NCBI GenBank assembly: GCA_035289165.1 | Contig: DATDYA010000012.1 | Coordinates: 1-52,112 of the forward strand | Reading direction: 5' to 3' | Length of the DNA: 52,112 nucleotides | Origin: Patescibacteria group bacterium | Lineage (GTDB): Bacteria > Patescibacteriota > Patescibacteriia > Magasanikbacterales > GWA2-37-8 | Shown here: piece by piece, positions 19,858-28,029 of the stretch | How the letters are laid out: every line of letters begins with the position of its first letter | Position numbering within the stretch: position 1 is the first letter of the stretch | Position numbers and translations under genes: made by a program | The notes under the pieces: generated by a model | The model's input: only the letters and a program-made list of their open reading frames with translations | What the model was told of the DNA's origin: nothing | Database searches by the model: none

Positions 19858-20052
19858 AAAAGAGACAAGGTTCTCTGTTTAACCGCTTGGATTATCTGAG
19901 TAATAATTTAATATCCATTTAAACATTGTTTGTTTGTAGAGATTGATATTAAATTGTTTCCCGACTGATCGGGAAAAACCCAGAGGTCCAAGCGATACGT
20001 TTCAGTATCCAGTTTATTGGACGTGGTCCCATTTCTGGGAATCTTTAACGCA
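19858..20052 (-). ncRNA. candidate structured RNA or rRNA leader between a strong promoter and a terminator
   Basis: Nested hairpin cccaga..gtcca..gatac-tgaaac-gtatc..tggac..tctggg followed by TTTTT, then the hairpin cccgatcagtcggg. No convincing ORF and no family recognised. Confidence 0.3.
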
Positions 20053-20058
20053 AGCGAA

Positions 20059-20087
20059 ATTTTAATCTATTTTGGAACTTATGTCAA
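20059..20087 (-). promoter_or_regulatory. sigma70-type promoter TTGACA-17 nt-TAAAAT
   Basis: Minus-strand sense reads cccTTGACAtaagttccaaaatagatTAAAATttcgc. It lies downstream of the Smr gene and about 370 nt upstream of the 23S 5' end. Confidence 0.6.
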
Positions 20088-20175
20088 GGGGTTAAAATGT
20101 GGATAACTTAGGGCCAAACAGACCGCCCACTAACTATGCCCCAACCATACTATTTTATACCCTGTATTTGAGGTC

Positions 20176-20451
20176 TTAGTTACCGAACAATATTAATATA
20201 CAACTGCCCCCTTCGTCCACAACTTCTTCTACTAAATTATGTTTACTAGCGTATTCAAGTACGGCATCCTTTAGTCTCCCTGTGCCCCCACCATACACCA
20301 CTCTTAGTTCAAGCTCCCCCACCGAACGAGAGTGGAAAATAAAAAGCTCTAATTTATCTAATGCTTCACTTGGATAATGGCCGTGCAAATCCAATATTTT
20401 TAAATTTGGATTAATGCTGGCCGCAAATTTTCTGGCTTCAAGGTTATTCAT
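20176..20451 (-). CDS. Smr-domain protein (stand-alone)
   Basis: LDLHGHYPSEALDKL and VVYGGGTGRLKDAV, typical of the Smr/MutS2 C-terminal domain. 91 aa. Confidence 0.7.
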   Translation of the reverse strand: MNNLEARKFAASINPNLKILDLHGHYPSEALDKLELFIFHSRSVGELELRVVYGGGTGRLKDAVLEYASKHNLVEEVVDEGGSCILILFGN

Positions 20452-20525
20452 TACACACTTAAAAAAATACTAAAATAACCAGTCGTACTTCCAAAAACAT
20501 TTCTTAATAACAAACCTGGTTCTCT

Positions 20526-21329
20526 TTAAGAGGACGGAGGAAAATATACTACCGCCTGGGCGTGGATCTTACAGCCGCCATCTTTATCTAAAATACCTAC
20601 TCTACGAATATCACTTATCAATGGATGTGCGTCTTTCTTTTTATTATGGCGCTCGCGTATAATTCTCATTACTTTCGGATCCTTATACAATTCTTCTTCG
20701 AATGTATAAATATTTTGAATATTTTTTTGAGTTTTTTCTGAAACAAGTGCAACCGGCTCCTCATTTTCTCCAACAAAATCTAATGCAACATCTTGTCTTA
20801 TTTTAAGTAAGTATCCATCGGTCAATACAACTGCAGGAAAACGATAATGCCATGCTGTATTGAATGCACGACGAGTAAGACGATACAACTATTCCACTGT
20901 GGACGGAAAAAATACGATACGTAGTCCTTCACCATTTCCCCCATGAATTGCAAAATTCACTTCTTGCTGTGTATAAATCACCGTGCCTGAACTCGGACCG
21001 CCACGTTGAGCAATAATTGCGACAAATGGCAGTCGCATACCGTCTGCCATGCTCATCGCATCTTGCATAAGCACAGTCACTGGTCCCGCGGTGGCAGTAA
21101 ATGCTTTTGTCCCTGCCATGACCGCACCGGCGACCATAAAACCTGCCGCAATTTCGTCTTCAGTTTGTAAATAATGTAGACTCTCATTTTCTTGTGAATG
21201 CCTGATCCAATCAGTTAAAATTTCAGTCCCGGGAGTAATCGGGTATCCAAACATATGTGTAGCTCCTGCGTCTTTACATGCTTGTACAACGACTTCATGG
21301 CCTGTGAGAAATTATTTATTGTGTTTCAT
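20526..21329 (-). pseudogene. decayed paralog of the OFOR alpha subunit (two in-frame stops, C-terminal domain lost)
   Basis: MKHNK*FLTGHEVVVQACKDAGATHMFGYPITPGTEI...AQRGGPSSGTVIYTQQE...STVE*LYRLTRRAFNTAW parallels the intact gene at 10561-11598. There is a TAA at codon 6 and a TAG between track ORFs 20889-21254 and 20526-20888. Similarity fades after about residue 225. Confidence 0.8.
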
Positions 21330-21346
21330 ACCGCTAAACTCATTTA

Positions 21347-23149
21347 CTAATCACTTCCCAATGCTTTTGTTGGCGCTTTTTTTAAATGTTCCACAGCCTT
21401 AACCCTTTCCCTGAGACGGCTGACCAAATCTTGGTTGGTGGTCTCTTCTTCTAACATATCTAATAATTCAGTGACACTACCTTTGTTATCTCTCTTCTTA
21501 TCCAAAATACGTTTACCTCTATCTTCTTCAAATTTTAGATTTTCCGGATCTTTATTAAAAAGCATACCATTATTATGTTCCAAATCAATAACATGATCAA
21601 TCAATGCTGTTTTTTGAGCAAAAGATATATCGTCTTGCCACATAGCATACACAGTTTCAGCTATCGCCGCCCATTTTTCTCCTCCATAGGCAGCTGTCCA
21701 CCCATCTTCATGAAATCGAGCAATAGCTTGGTGAATATATAAACGAATTTCTTCAGTTGACGTTTGTTCTAGATTTATATTGCATACAACCTCTCGGTCC
21801 GGGTCCAAGCTACTTCTCACGCTATTATACTGACTACTTAATTCTAAAGTTACTGCGTTAAAAAGATACTGTCGCATCCACTCAAACATCTGACTCACCT
21901 GATCTTCTATGGTCCGCTTAGTATCTAGCACTCTTACTTTGTCTCGAAAACTAAATTCCTGATCTTCTCTTTGTAATACACCTCCAGCACTCGCGATATT
22001 AGTCATGCCCCCCCCCAACATATCCACTTCAGCTAACAGGTAGTTATTCACATAAAATTCTATAATTTCGTCGTTGACATGTATATCTTTATAGAGCGAT
22101 CTATATTCTTGAATCTCTGCGTCGTTTAATATTGGTAGTAACTTACTTTCTAATTCATTATCAATTGACACATGCAATAACTCACAAATATATAGGACTT
22201 GTTGTAATAATACTTTATTATGACTTTTCATTAAATCATCAATAATCTTAGTAAATTCACCATATATATCTTCGCCAAACAGTCGTATAAACTGCTCTTC
22301 CCCGGCAACTTGTATAAAGTTTATAATACTTTGAAATCGCCAACTATCTAATAAGTAAGTAATTTCATCTCGATCTATACTTTTAATTGATATTTTTTTC
22401 ATATCTTCCATATCTACTGAGTCTATAGAGTCAAACCTATCTAAATTTCGAGCAACCGCAAGACCTTGACCACCTTCAATTAATTTATGAGCTATTTCAC
22501 TGTTCAATATTTTAAAATGGCGCAAGTAAATTGCAACAGTAGAACCTTTGTTATTTTCAAGAAGTTTACGGGCTATTTCTAGACCCAAATCTTTAAATTT
22601 ATATAATAACCTAGCAACAATAAAACTTTTTTTTTGGTCAATAAGTCTAAGTGCAAGTTCTGTATGATTGACACCCTTGAATTTCTCTAAGTTATCTACC
22701 ACCTTTATGCTAAGACCATTAAGTATTAAACTATAGACGATTTCGGTATGATTAGATACTTCTAGTTTACCAATATTCTCCACAACAAGATAACCTTTTC
22801 CTTTTTCTATTAACCAACGTGCAAGTTCTGTGTGATTGACACCTTGGAATTTATCCAGATTTTCTAATACAGTTATCCCCTGACCGCTATCCATCAACCT
22901 CTGAACAATAACTTTATGATCGAGCCCTTCAAATTTATCCAGATTTTCTACAAATAAAGAAACTTGACCACTATCAATTAATTTATGAGCAATTGCACTG
23001 TGCAACTCAACAGGAATTTCCTGAATATCACAAACCAGGGTATTGCCATCATCAATATATTTGGATACCATGTCTCCAGATTCCTTATCTCGATCTTCAA
23101 ATTTTTTCATTATACGATACTCTTCAGGAATGTAACCAGATTCAAACAT
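21347..23149 (-). CDS. 600-aa hypothetical protein with an N-terminal array of about 28-aa helical repeats
   Basis: Intact ORF with ATG start. Contains repeats such as IAHKLIDSGQVSLFVENLDKFEGLD, IVQRLMDSGQGITVLENLDKFQGVN and LARWLIEKGKGYLVVENIGKLEVSN. I do not recognise the C-terminal 350 aa or so. Confidence 0.7.
   Translation of the reverse strand: MFESGYIPEEYRIMKKFEDRDKESGDMVSKYIDDGNTLVCDIQEIPVELHSAIAHKLIDSGQVSLFVENLDKFEGLDHKVIVQRLMDSGQGITVLENLDKFQGVNHTELARWLIEKGKGYLVVENIGKLEVSNHTEIVYSLILNGLSIKVVDNLEKFKGVNHTELALRLIDQKKSFIVARLLYKFKDLGLEIARKLLENNKGSTVAIYLRHFKILNSEIAHKLIEGGQGLAVARNLDRFDSIDSVDMEDMKKISIKSIDRDEITYLLDSWRFQSIINFIQVAGEEQFIRLFGEDIYGEFTKIIDDLMKSHNKVLLQQVLYICELLHVSIDNELESKLLPILNDAEIQEYRSLYKDIHVNDEIIEFYVNNYLLAEVDMLGGGMTNIASAGGVLQREDQEFSFRDKVRVLDTKRTIEDQVSQMFEWMRQYLFNAVTLELSSQYNSVRSSLDPDREVVCNINLEQTSTEEIRLYIHQAIARFHEDGWTAAYGGEKWAAIAETVYAMWQDDISFAQKTALIDHVIDLEHNNGMLFNKDPENLKFEEDRGKRILDKKRDNKGSVTELLDMLEEETTNQDLVSRLRERVKAVEHLKKAPTKALGSD
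22420..23008 (-). repeat. seven tandem repeats of about 84 nt (28 aa) inside the 600-aa ORF
   Basis: Periodic consensus (H)xEIAxxLIxxGxGxxVxxNLxKFxGxN, read from the translation. DNA-level echoes include tttatccagattttcta at about 22852 and about 22935. Confidence 0.65.
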
Positions 23150-23781
23150 ACAAAGCTAATTAATAATTTTAAACCAGCGACCCTTAAGGTACTTGTTTTT
23201 GTTTTTTTTCTTACCAAAGATACTTTTTCTCTTTTCTTATCAACAGCTTGCGTAAGTTGTTCTGGAGTATTAATTCCAAACCATTCGTTGTTGTCCTCAA
23301 GTGGTATAAGCTGATATTTTTCTTTCTGATTGCGTGCCATTGCCAGTGCGGTTGGTAATCCGAATTCTCCAAGCTTTCGTAATTGAGGCATACTGGGAAA
23401 CATCTTTTCATACCAATCCCGATTGAAACAAAAAGTACCAGTACTTATTTCATGAATCAACTTTTGTTCATCGGTCAGATATTCTTTTTCAATAATTTCT
23501 ATATCTCCATTTGAATGTCGGACAATACGACCCAATTGTTCAGGATTTTCTACAGTAGCAGTAAGCAATGATAATACTGCATTAGATTGCACATGTCCTT
23601 CAATAAATGACTTGAGCGTATCAGCAGTATAAAATGCGCTATCATCTCCCTGTACCACAAGCACGTGCTTGGCATGTGCCGGTAATTCCTTCATCCCAAC
23701 ATAGGCAGCATGGGCAGTGCCGCGCTGTTCAAGCTGCTCTGCATAGGTACATCGTGTACCAAAATAACTTATAACAGATTC
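23110..23781 (-). pseudogene. N-terminally truncated paralog of the GlmU-like nucleotidyltransferase
   Basis: AEQLEQRGTAHAAYVG...VVQGDDSAFYT...TGTFCFNRDWY...WFGINTPEQL parallels EQLGTGHAV...LYGDMPFIT...TSFFCFNANWL...ALGINTKEHL of 11595-12368. The NTP-binding G-x-G-T-R N-terminus is missing and tRNA-Leu occupies its place. The rest of track ORF 23110-23961 is read-through across the tRNA. Confidence 0.6.
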
Positions 23782-23813
23782 TCTTTGAAACCCCCCTGTT
23801 AGTTTTCTTCTCG

Positions 23814-23895
23814 TGCCGGGGAGAGGACTCGAACCTCCACACCCGAAGGCGTTTGCTCCTAAGGCAAATGCGTCTACCAGTTTCGCCACCCCGGC
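23814..23895 (-). tRNA. tRNA-Leu (anticodon TAG), type II with a long variable arm
   Basis: The RC reads GCCGGGGTGGCGAAACTGGTAGACGCATTTGC-CTTAGGA-GCAAACGCCTTCGGGTGTGGAGGTTCGAGTCCTCTCCCCGGCA. The acceptor stem GCCGGGG/CCCCGGC pairs and a GGTTCGAGTCC T-arm is present. Confidence 0.9.
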
Positions 23896-23940
23896 ATTTT
23901 TTACCCCCATATTTAACCATACTCTGAATAAAAAATCAAT

Positions 23941-23978
23941 ACACAAAAGACCGTCCGCCAAATGGCGGACGGTCTTTT
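23941..23978 (-). terminator. intrinsic terminator of pnp
   Basis: 11-bp stem gaccgtccgcc / ggcggacggtc with a 4-nt loop and a T-run on the minus strand. Confidence 0.8.
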
Positions 23979-23995
23979 CAAATTATGTTTTTATT

Positions 23996-26194
23996 TTATT
24001 TCCCTCGTCCAAAACCAAAGTGTTTCTTTGGTCCACCGGCGTTGTCATCTCTCGGTGGTCGATCTTGGTAACCCTCTGGTTTCTCTGAAAGAGCTTTTAT
24101 GCTCAAGTTGATTCTACCAAGATTATCTATCTCTTTTACCTTTACTTTCACGACATCCCCGATCTTCAAGACATCACTTGGCTTATTGGTTCTTTCCCAG
24201 GCGATTTCACTCACATGGACCAAACCATCCTGACCAGGCAACAGGTTCACAAAGGCACCAAAGTCCTCTAAACGGACCACCTTGCCCTCGTAGGTCTCTC
24301 CGGCGGTTACTTCATGGGTTAATTCCTTAATCCACTTTATAGCCCTTTCCATGCCCGTCATATCTGTTGCGGTAACGAATACACGGCCATCGTCCTCAAT
24401 GTCAATTGAAACACCAGTTTCGGCGATGATCTTGTTGATCATCTTGCCACCTGGACCAATGACATCTCTAATCTTATCTGGATTAATGATGATTGTTGTA
24501 ATTCGTGGAGCATATTGAGAAAGATCAGCGCGTGGAGCAGGCAAAGTTGCCTTCATAGATGCTAAAATTTCTAATCGTGCTTCCCGAGATTGTTTAAAAG
24601 TTTGTTTTATAATGTCCCAGGTTAACCCTTGGGTCTTAGTATCCATTTGTATTGCAGTAATACCCTCAGCCGTACCCGTAATCTTGAAATCCATTCCACC
24701 TGGACCATCTTCAATGTCTTGCAAATCGGTCAGAACTTTCCAATTACCTTTTTCGTCGCTAGCTAAACCCATGGCTACACCAGCGACCATTTTTTTCAAA
24801 GGCACGCCGGCATCCATAAGAGCTAATGTTGAAGCACAGGTTGAAGCCATTGAACTAGAACCGTTAGAACCCAAAACTTCAGATACTACCCGAATGGCAT
24901 ATGGAAAATCTGTTTCTGGCGGAAGGACCGGCTCCAAAGCTCGTTCGGCCAAAGCACCGTGGCCAATCGCTCGATTACCCGGACCACGCAATGGACCCGT
25001 CTCGCCATAAGTAGCAGGGGTATCACTATAATGATGCATGTAACGCTTAGTCCCATCTTCTTCCATGGTATCAACAGTTTGCACATCGCCTGGGGCGCCA
25101 AGAGTAACGACAGATAACACTTGAGTATCGCCACGCATGAACATGGCACTGCCATGTGTCCGTGGTAACAAAGCTACTTCGGAATTTAAATCTCGAATCC
25201 CGGTCAAAGTTCGACCATCAAGGCGTTCATCGTTATCTAATATTCTCTCGGTAATATGTTTTTCAACATATACTTTCACACGACCGAGAATAATTTTTTG
25301 AATAGATTCATCGACTTCTTTGGCCTTTAACATTTCCTCGATCGCTTTGGAAAATTTATCTACCATATTTACCCGTTCCAAGCGGCTTTTCTTTGGAGAT
25401 TCAAAGATCCAATCATTAACATGACTAGCGATAAAATCTATTACCTCCGCCTCAACGGCGCGAACAGTTTGTTCTTTTTCATTCAAGTTCTCTTCCCATT
25501 TTAACTTTTCCGCACCGACTTCTTTTTGGATTTTATTAATAAAATCCAAAACCGGAGCTAATTGTGCGGCACCAAATTGCATCGCGCCAATCACCTCTTC
25601 GTCAACAATCTCCGTACAACCGGCTTCCACCATAATAACCTTTTCTGGTGTGCCGGCTACCACTATATCCACTGTGCCCACCGCTCTTTCAGCAAAAGAG
25701 GGATTAATTTTCCATTTGCCGTCTATTTGACCAACCCGCACGCCGGCAATCGGGCCAGCCCAAGGGATGTTTGAAATGGTTAAAACTGTCGCCGCCGCGA
25801 TCATCGACGGAATTTGTGGATCGTTATCCCCATCATACGACAAGACAGTCAAAATAACCTGGATGTCGTTACGCATTTTCTCGGGGAAAAGCGGGCGAAT
25901 GGCTCGATCTACCAAACGACCAGACAATATCGCCTCATCGCTTGGTCGACCCTCACGTTTAATAAAACGACTACCCTTAATTTTACCAGCGGCATATAAC
26001 TTTTCTTCAAAGTTGACCATGAGCGGAAAAAAATCTATACCGTCGCGGGTATTTTTACTCATGGTGGCAGTCGCCAAAATTACTGTATCGCCATAGCGAA
26101 CAGTACAAGAAGCATTAGCCTGAAGCGCCAGTTTCCCAACTTCCACTTCCAAATTCCTACCCCCCCATTCCATGTTCCATTTTTTAACTTCCAT
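23996..26194 (-). CDS. pnp: polyribonucleotide nucleotidyltransferase (PNPase)
   Basis: Two RNase PH domains, KH (IRDVIGPGGKMI) and S1 (GKVVRLEDFGAFV). 732 aa. Confidence 0.95.
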   Translation of the reverse strand: MEVKKWNMEWGGRNLEVEVGKLALQANASCTVRYGDTVILATATMSKNTRDGIDFFPLMVNFEEKLYAAGKIKGSRFIKREGRPSDEAILSGRLVDRAIRPLFPEKMRNDIQVILTVLSYDGDNDPQIPSMIAAATVLTISNIPWAGPIAGVRVGQIDGKWKINPSFAERAVGTVDIVVAGTPEKVIMVEAGCTEIVDEEVIGAMQFGAAQLAPVLDFINKIQKEVGAEKLKWEENLNEKEQTVRAVEAEVIDFIASHVNDWIFESPKKSRLERVNMVDKFSKAIEEMLKAKEVDESIQKIILGRVKVYVEKHITERILDNDERLDGRTLTGIRDLNSEVALLPRTHGSAMFMRGDTQVLSVVTLGAPGDVQTVDTMEEDGTKRYMHHYSDTPATYGETGPLRGPGNRAIGHGALAERALEPVLPPETDFPYAIRVVSEVLGSNGSSSMASTCASTLALMDAGVPLKKMVAGVAMGLASDEKGNWKVLTDLQDIEDGPGGMDFKITGTAEGITAIQMDTKTQGLTWDIIKQTFKQSREARLEILASMKATLPAPRADLSQYAPRITTIIINPDKIRDVIGPGGKMINKIIAETGVSIDIEDDGRVFVTATDMTGMERAIKWIKELTHEVTAGETYEGKVVRLEDFGAFVNLLPGQDGLVHVSEIAWERTNKPSDVLKIGDVVKVKVKEIDNLGRINLSIKALSEKPEGYQDRPPRDDNAGGPKKHFGFGRGK

Positions 26195-26277
26195 ACTTTT
26201 ACTTTCTTCCGGAGCTGACTTGAAGGCCCAAGACCTGATTCAGGCCTTTCCGTCTTCAAACCAACTTCGTTAATAAA

Positions 26278-26823
26278 TTATTTCCTTGGTTTAAAATTAT
26301 TAAGGATCAAAAACTTCTTTTTATCCTGGGCTAAATCAATAAAGTCATCAGCTGATTCAATCAAACGACTGGAGGTGGTTGGACCAAAGGCCAAGACCTC
26401 CACCTGCTTACCTTGGTTGCGTAAATATTCTACCAGAGGGATATAATCCCCATCACCAGAAACTAATATAATAGTGTCCAAACTTGGTGACAAACGAATA
26501 GCGTCAACGGTAATGCCCACATCCCAGTCGGCCTTTTTTTCTCCGCCGTAAAAAATCTGGAGAGGCCGTTCTTTTGTCTCTATGCCGAGATTGTACAAAG
26601 CATCAAAGAATGGCTGCTCTTCTTTCCCCTCAGTCCGGACAACATAGGCCAAAGCCCGGATAAGTTTACGACCCGCCGTCGCCTCTTTTACTATATTACC
26701 AAAATTTACCTTAGCGCCAAATAGGTTTTTGCCGCTATAGTACATATTCTGTACATCAATAAACACCCCTACTCTTTGATCGGGGTGTTTTAAAGGATGT
26801 GTTTTATTCTTTGTCGGTATCAT
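26278..26823 (-). CDS. NYN-domain (LabA-like) protein
   Basis: VGVFIDVQNMYYS and ILVSGDGDYIPLVEYLRNQGKQVEV. Confidence 0.75.
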   Translation of the reverse strand: MIPTKNKTHPLKHPDQRVGVFIDVQNMYYSGKNLFGAKVNFGNIVKEATAGRKLIRALAYVVRTEGKEEQPFFDALYNLGIETKERPLQIFYGGEKKADWDVGITVDAIRLSPSLDTIILVSGDGDYIPLVEYLRNQGKQVEVLAFGPTTSSRLIESADDFIDLAQDKKKFLILNNFKPRK

Positions 26824-27181
26824 CTCCTACTTTTTCCATTAGCTCTTCCTCAACCTCTTCGTCGTCACTAATCGCTGGGTTGACGCCGGGCTTAACCAAA
26901 ACTTTTGGTTGTTTGATCTTTAATTTCTTTACTAATTCATCGTAACTAGCCCCGTTCTCTTTCTTTAAGAACCTCATCAAACGACGGCGGCTGGAAACCT
27001 TACGAAGCAAACCGCGACGAGATGAATGATCTTTCGGATGATGCTTCAAATGGGCAATCAATTCCTCAATCTCGGCTGTTAAAAGCGCAATTTGTACCTC
27101 ACTTGAACCAGTGTCTCCCTCGTGGGTCTGGTACTTCTTAATAACTTGCTGTTTCTTTTTTGTTGGCAACATAACATGCAT
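26804..27181 (-). CDS. rpsO: ribosomal protein S15 with an acidic C-terminal extension of about 40 aa
   Basis: GSSEVQIALLTAEIEELIAHLKHHPKDHSSRRGLLRKVSSRRRLMRFL is the S15 core. The tail is ...ISDDEEVEEELMEKVGDDTDKE. I place the start at the ATG at 27181, preceded by GGTGA. Confidence 0.85.
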   Translation of the reverse strand: MHVMLPTKKKQQVIKKYQTHEGDTGSSEVQIALLTAEIEELIAHLKHHPKDHSSRRGLLRKVSSRRRLMRFLKKENGASYDELVKKLKIKQPKVLVKPGVNPAISDDEEVEEELMEKVGDDTDKE

Positions 27182-27261
27182 ATTTTTCACCGAGCGCGAC
27201 CCGGAGCATGTTCCGAGGCGTTCGGCCCCGATATTCAGTCGGGGATAATTAAAGCTTCATT

Positions 27262-27290
27262 AATATAGCGGAGAACCGGTATTTTGTCAA
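27262..27290 (-). promoter_or_regulatory. promoter TTGACA-17 nt-TATATT upstream of rpsO, followed by a hairpin-rich leader
   Basis: Minus-strand sense reads ccTTGACAaaataccggttctccgcTATATTaatg. The leader contains ccccgactgaatatcgggg and GC-rich pairings. Confidence 0.55.
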
Positions 27291-27325
27291 GGTACTAGGC
27301 CAATTTTTGCCTTATTATAGAGAAA

Positions 27326-27700
27326 TTAACCAGCGAGACGAGAAAAGGCAAAAGTGGAAATGGCGTAAGCGGCCACGGTTATTACTAAACCAATTATTGC
27401 CCCACGCAAAGTGTCTTTAGCCTTCTCCACATGTTGGTCGTTCCCTTGGGCCGTCATCCAACGTATACCGGCATATAAAGCCAAAGCAAAAAATAGGATG
27501 GCGATCAACCCTAGACCAGCACTAATTATGGTGCCAATCAGAGCATACACGTCCCGACCACCATCATAACCAGCGTTTTGACCAGTGGCCGTTAGGCCGT
27601 GGTCATCGCCTTGCGCCGCAACAACGACCGGAATACTTAAAAAGAAAACTAGGGCTAATGAACCCCATTTCTTAATTTTTTCAGGCGATATTTGAAGCAT
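27326..27700 (-). CDS. VirB2/TrbC-like two-TM 'pilin' family protein (paralog P0, solitary)
   Basis: Signal peptide, then LFFALALYAGIRWMTAQGNDQHVEKAKDTLRGAIIGLVITVAAYAI. This is the same core as the array at 29166-34018. Confidence 0.8.
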   Translation of the reverse strand: MLQISPEKIKKWGSLALVFFLSIPVVVAAQGDDHGLTATGQNAGYDGGRDVYALIGTIISAGLGLIAILFFALALYAGIRWMTAQGNDQHVEKAKDTLRGAIIGLVITVAAYAISTFAFSRLAG

Positions 27701-27720
27701 AATGACTTTAAAGCATCTTT

Positions 27721-27749
27721 ATTATACCACATCTTGATTTATCTGTAAA
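27721..27749 (-). promoter_or_regulatory. promoter TTTACA-17 nt-TATAAT with extended -10 (TGTGGTATAAT) for P0
   Basis: Minus-strand sense reads TTTACAgataaatcaagatgtggTATAAT. Confidence 0.55.
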
Positions 27750-27779
27750 AATGCCGTATACTAGCTTTGCTTTTTGAGC

Positions 27780-27851
27780 GGCCCCATCGTTCAATGGATA
27801 GGACACCTCGCTTCTAACGAGGGAATGTGGGTTCGATCCCTGCTGGGGCCA
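27780..27851 (+). tRNA. tRNA-Arg (anticodon TCT)
   Basis: GGCCCCA...CCTCG-CTTCTAA-CGAGG...GGTTCGATCC...TGGGGCCA. The cloverleaf was read by eye. Confidence 0.85.
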
Positions 27852-27870
27852 CGGGGCTAATCCCAATCAT

Positions 27871-27943
27871 GGTGCCTATGGTATAATGGTTATTACGCGA
27901 GATTGTGGCTCTCGCAATACCGGTTCAATTCCGGTTAGGCACC
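27871..27943 (+). tRNA. tRNA-His (anticodon GTG) with an encoded G-1
   Basis: G-GTGCCTA...CGAGA-TTGTGGC-TCTCG...ACCGGTTCAATTCCGGT-TAGGCAC-C. Confidence 0.85.
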
Positions 27944-27950
27944 CCTAAGA

Positions 27951-27975
27951 AACTCCTCCACCCCGGAGGAGTTTT
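27951..27975 (+). terminator. hairpin after the tRNA pair
   Basis: aactcctcc-acccc-ggaggagtt forms a 9-bp stem. The T-run is weak. Confidence 0.5.
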
Positions 27976-28029
27976 ACTTTACTTAAAACGGAAGATAAAC
28001 TACAATTAACGAGTGAGCTAAACACATCT

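Noticed and set aside
19960-20045. 27-codon ORF (MGPRPINWILKRIAWTSGFFPISRETI) inside the candidate RNA upstream of the 23S.
   Set aside because: It has no SD, and it overlaps the arms of a long hairpin. RNA structure explains the region better than coding does.
20526-21329. In-frame TAA and TAG in the OFOR-alpha paralog as evidence for stop-codon reassignment.
   Set aside because: TAA, TAG and TGA all terminate many well-supported genes in this window (for example ATGA overlaps at 3872-3875 and 38403-38406). The paralog has also lost its C-terminal domain. Pseudogene is the simpler reading.
23110-23961. The full 283-aa track ORF as a real gene.
   Set aside because: Its first 60 codons or so read straight through tRNA-Leu(TAG) at 23814-23895. 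Only the part below about 23781 shows nucleotidyltransferase similarity.
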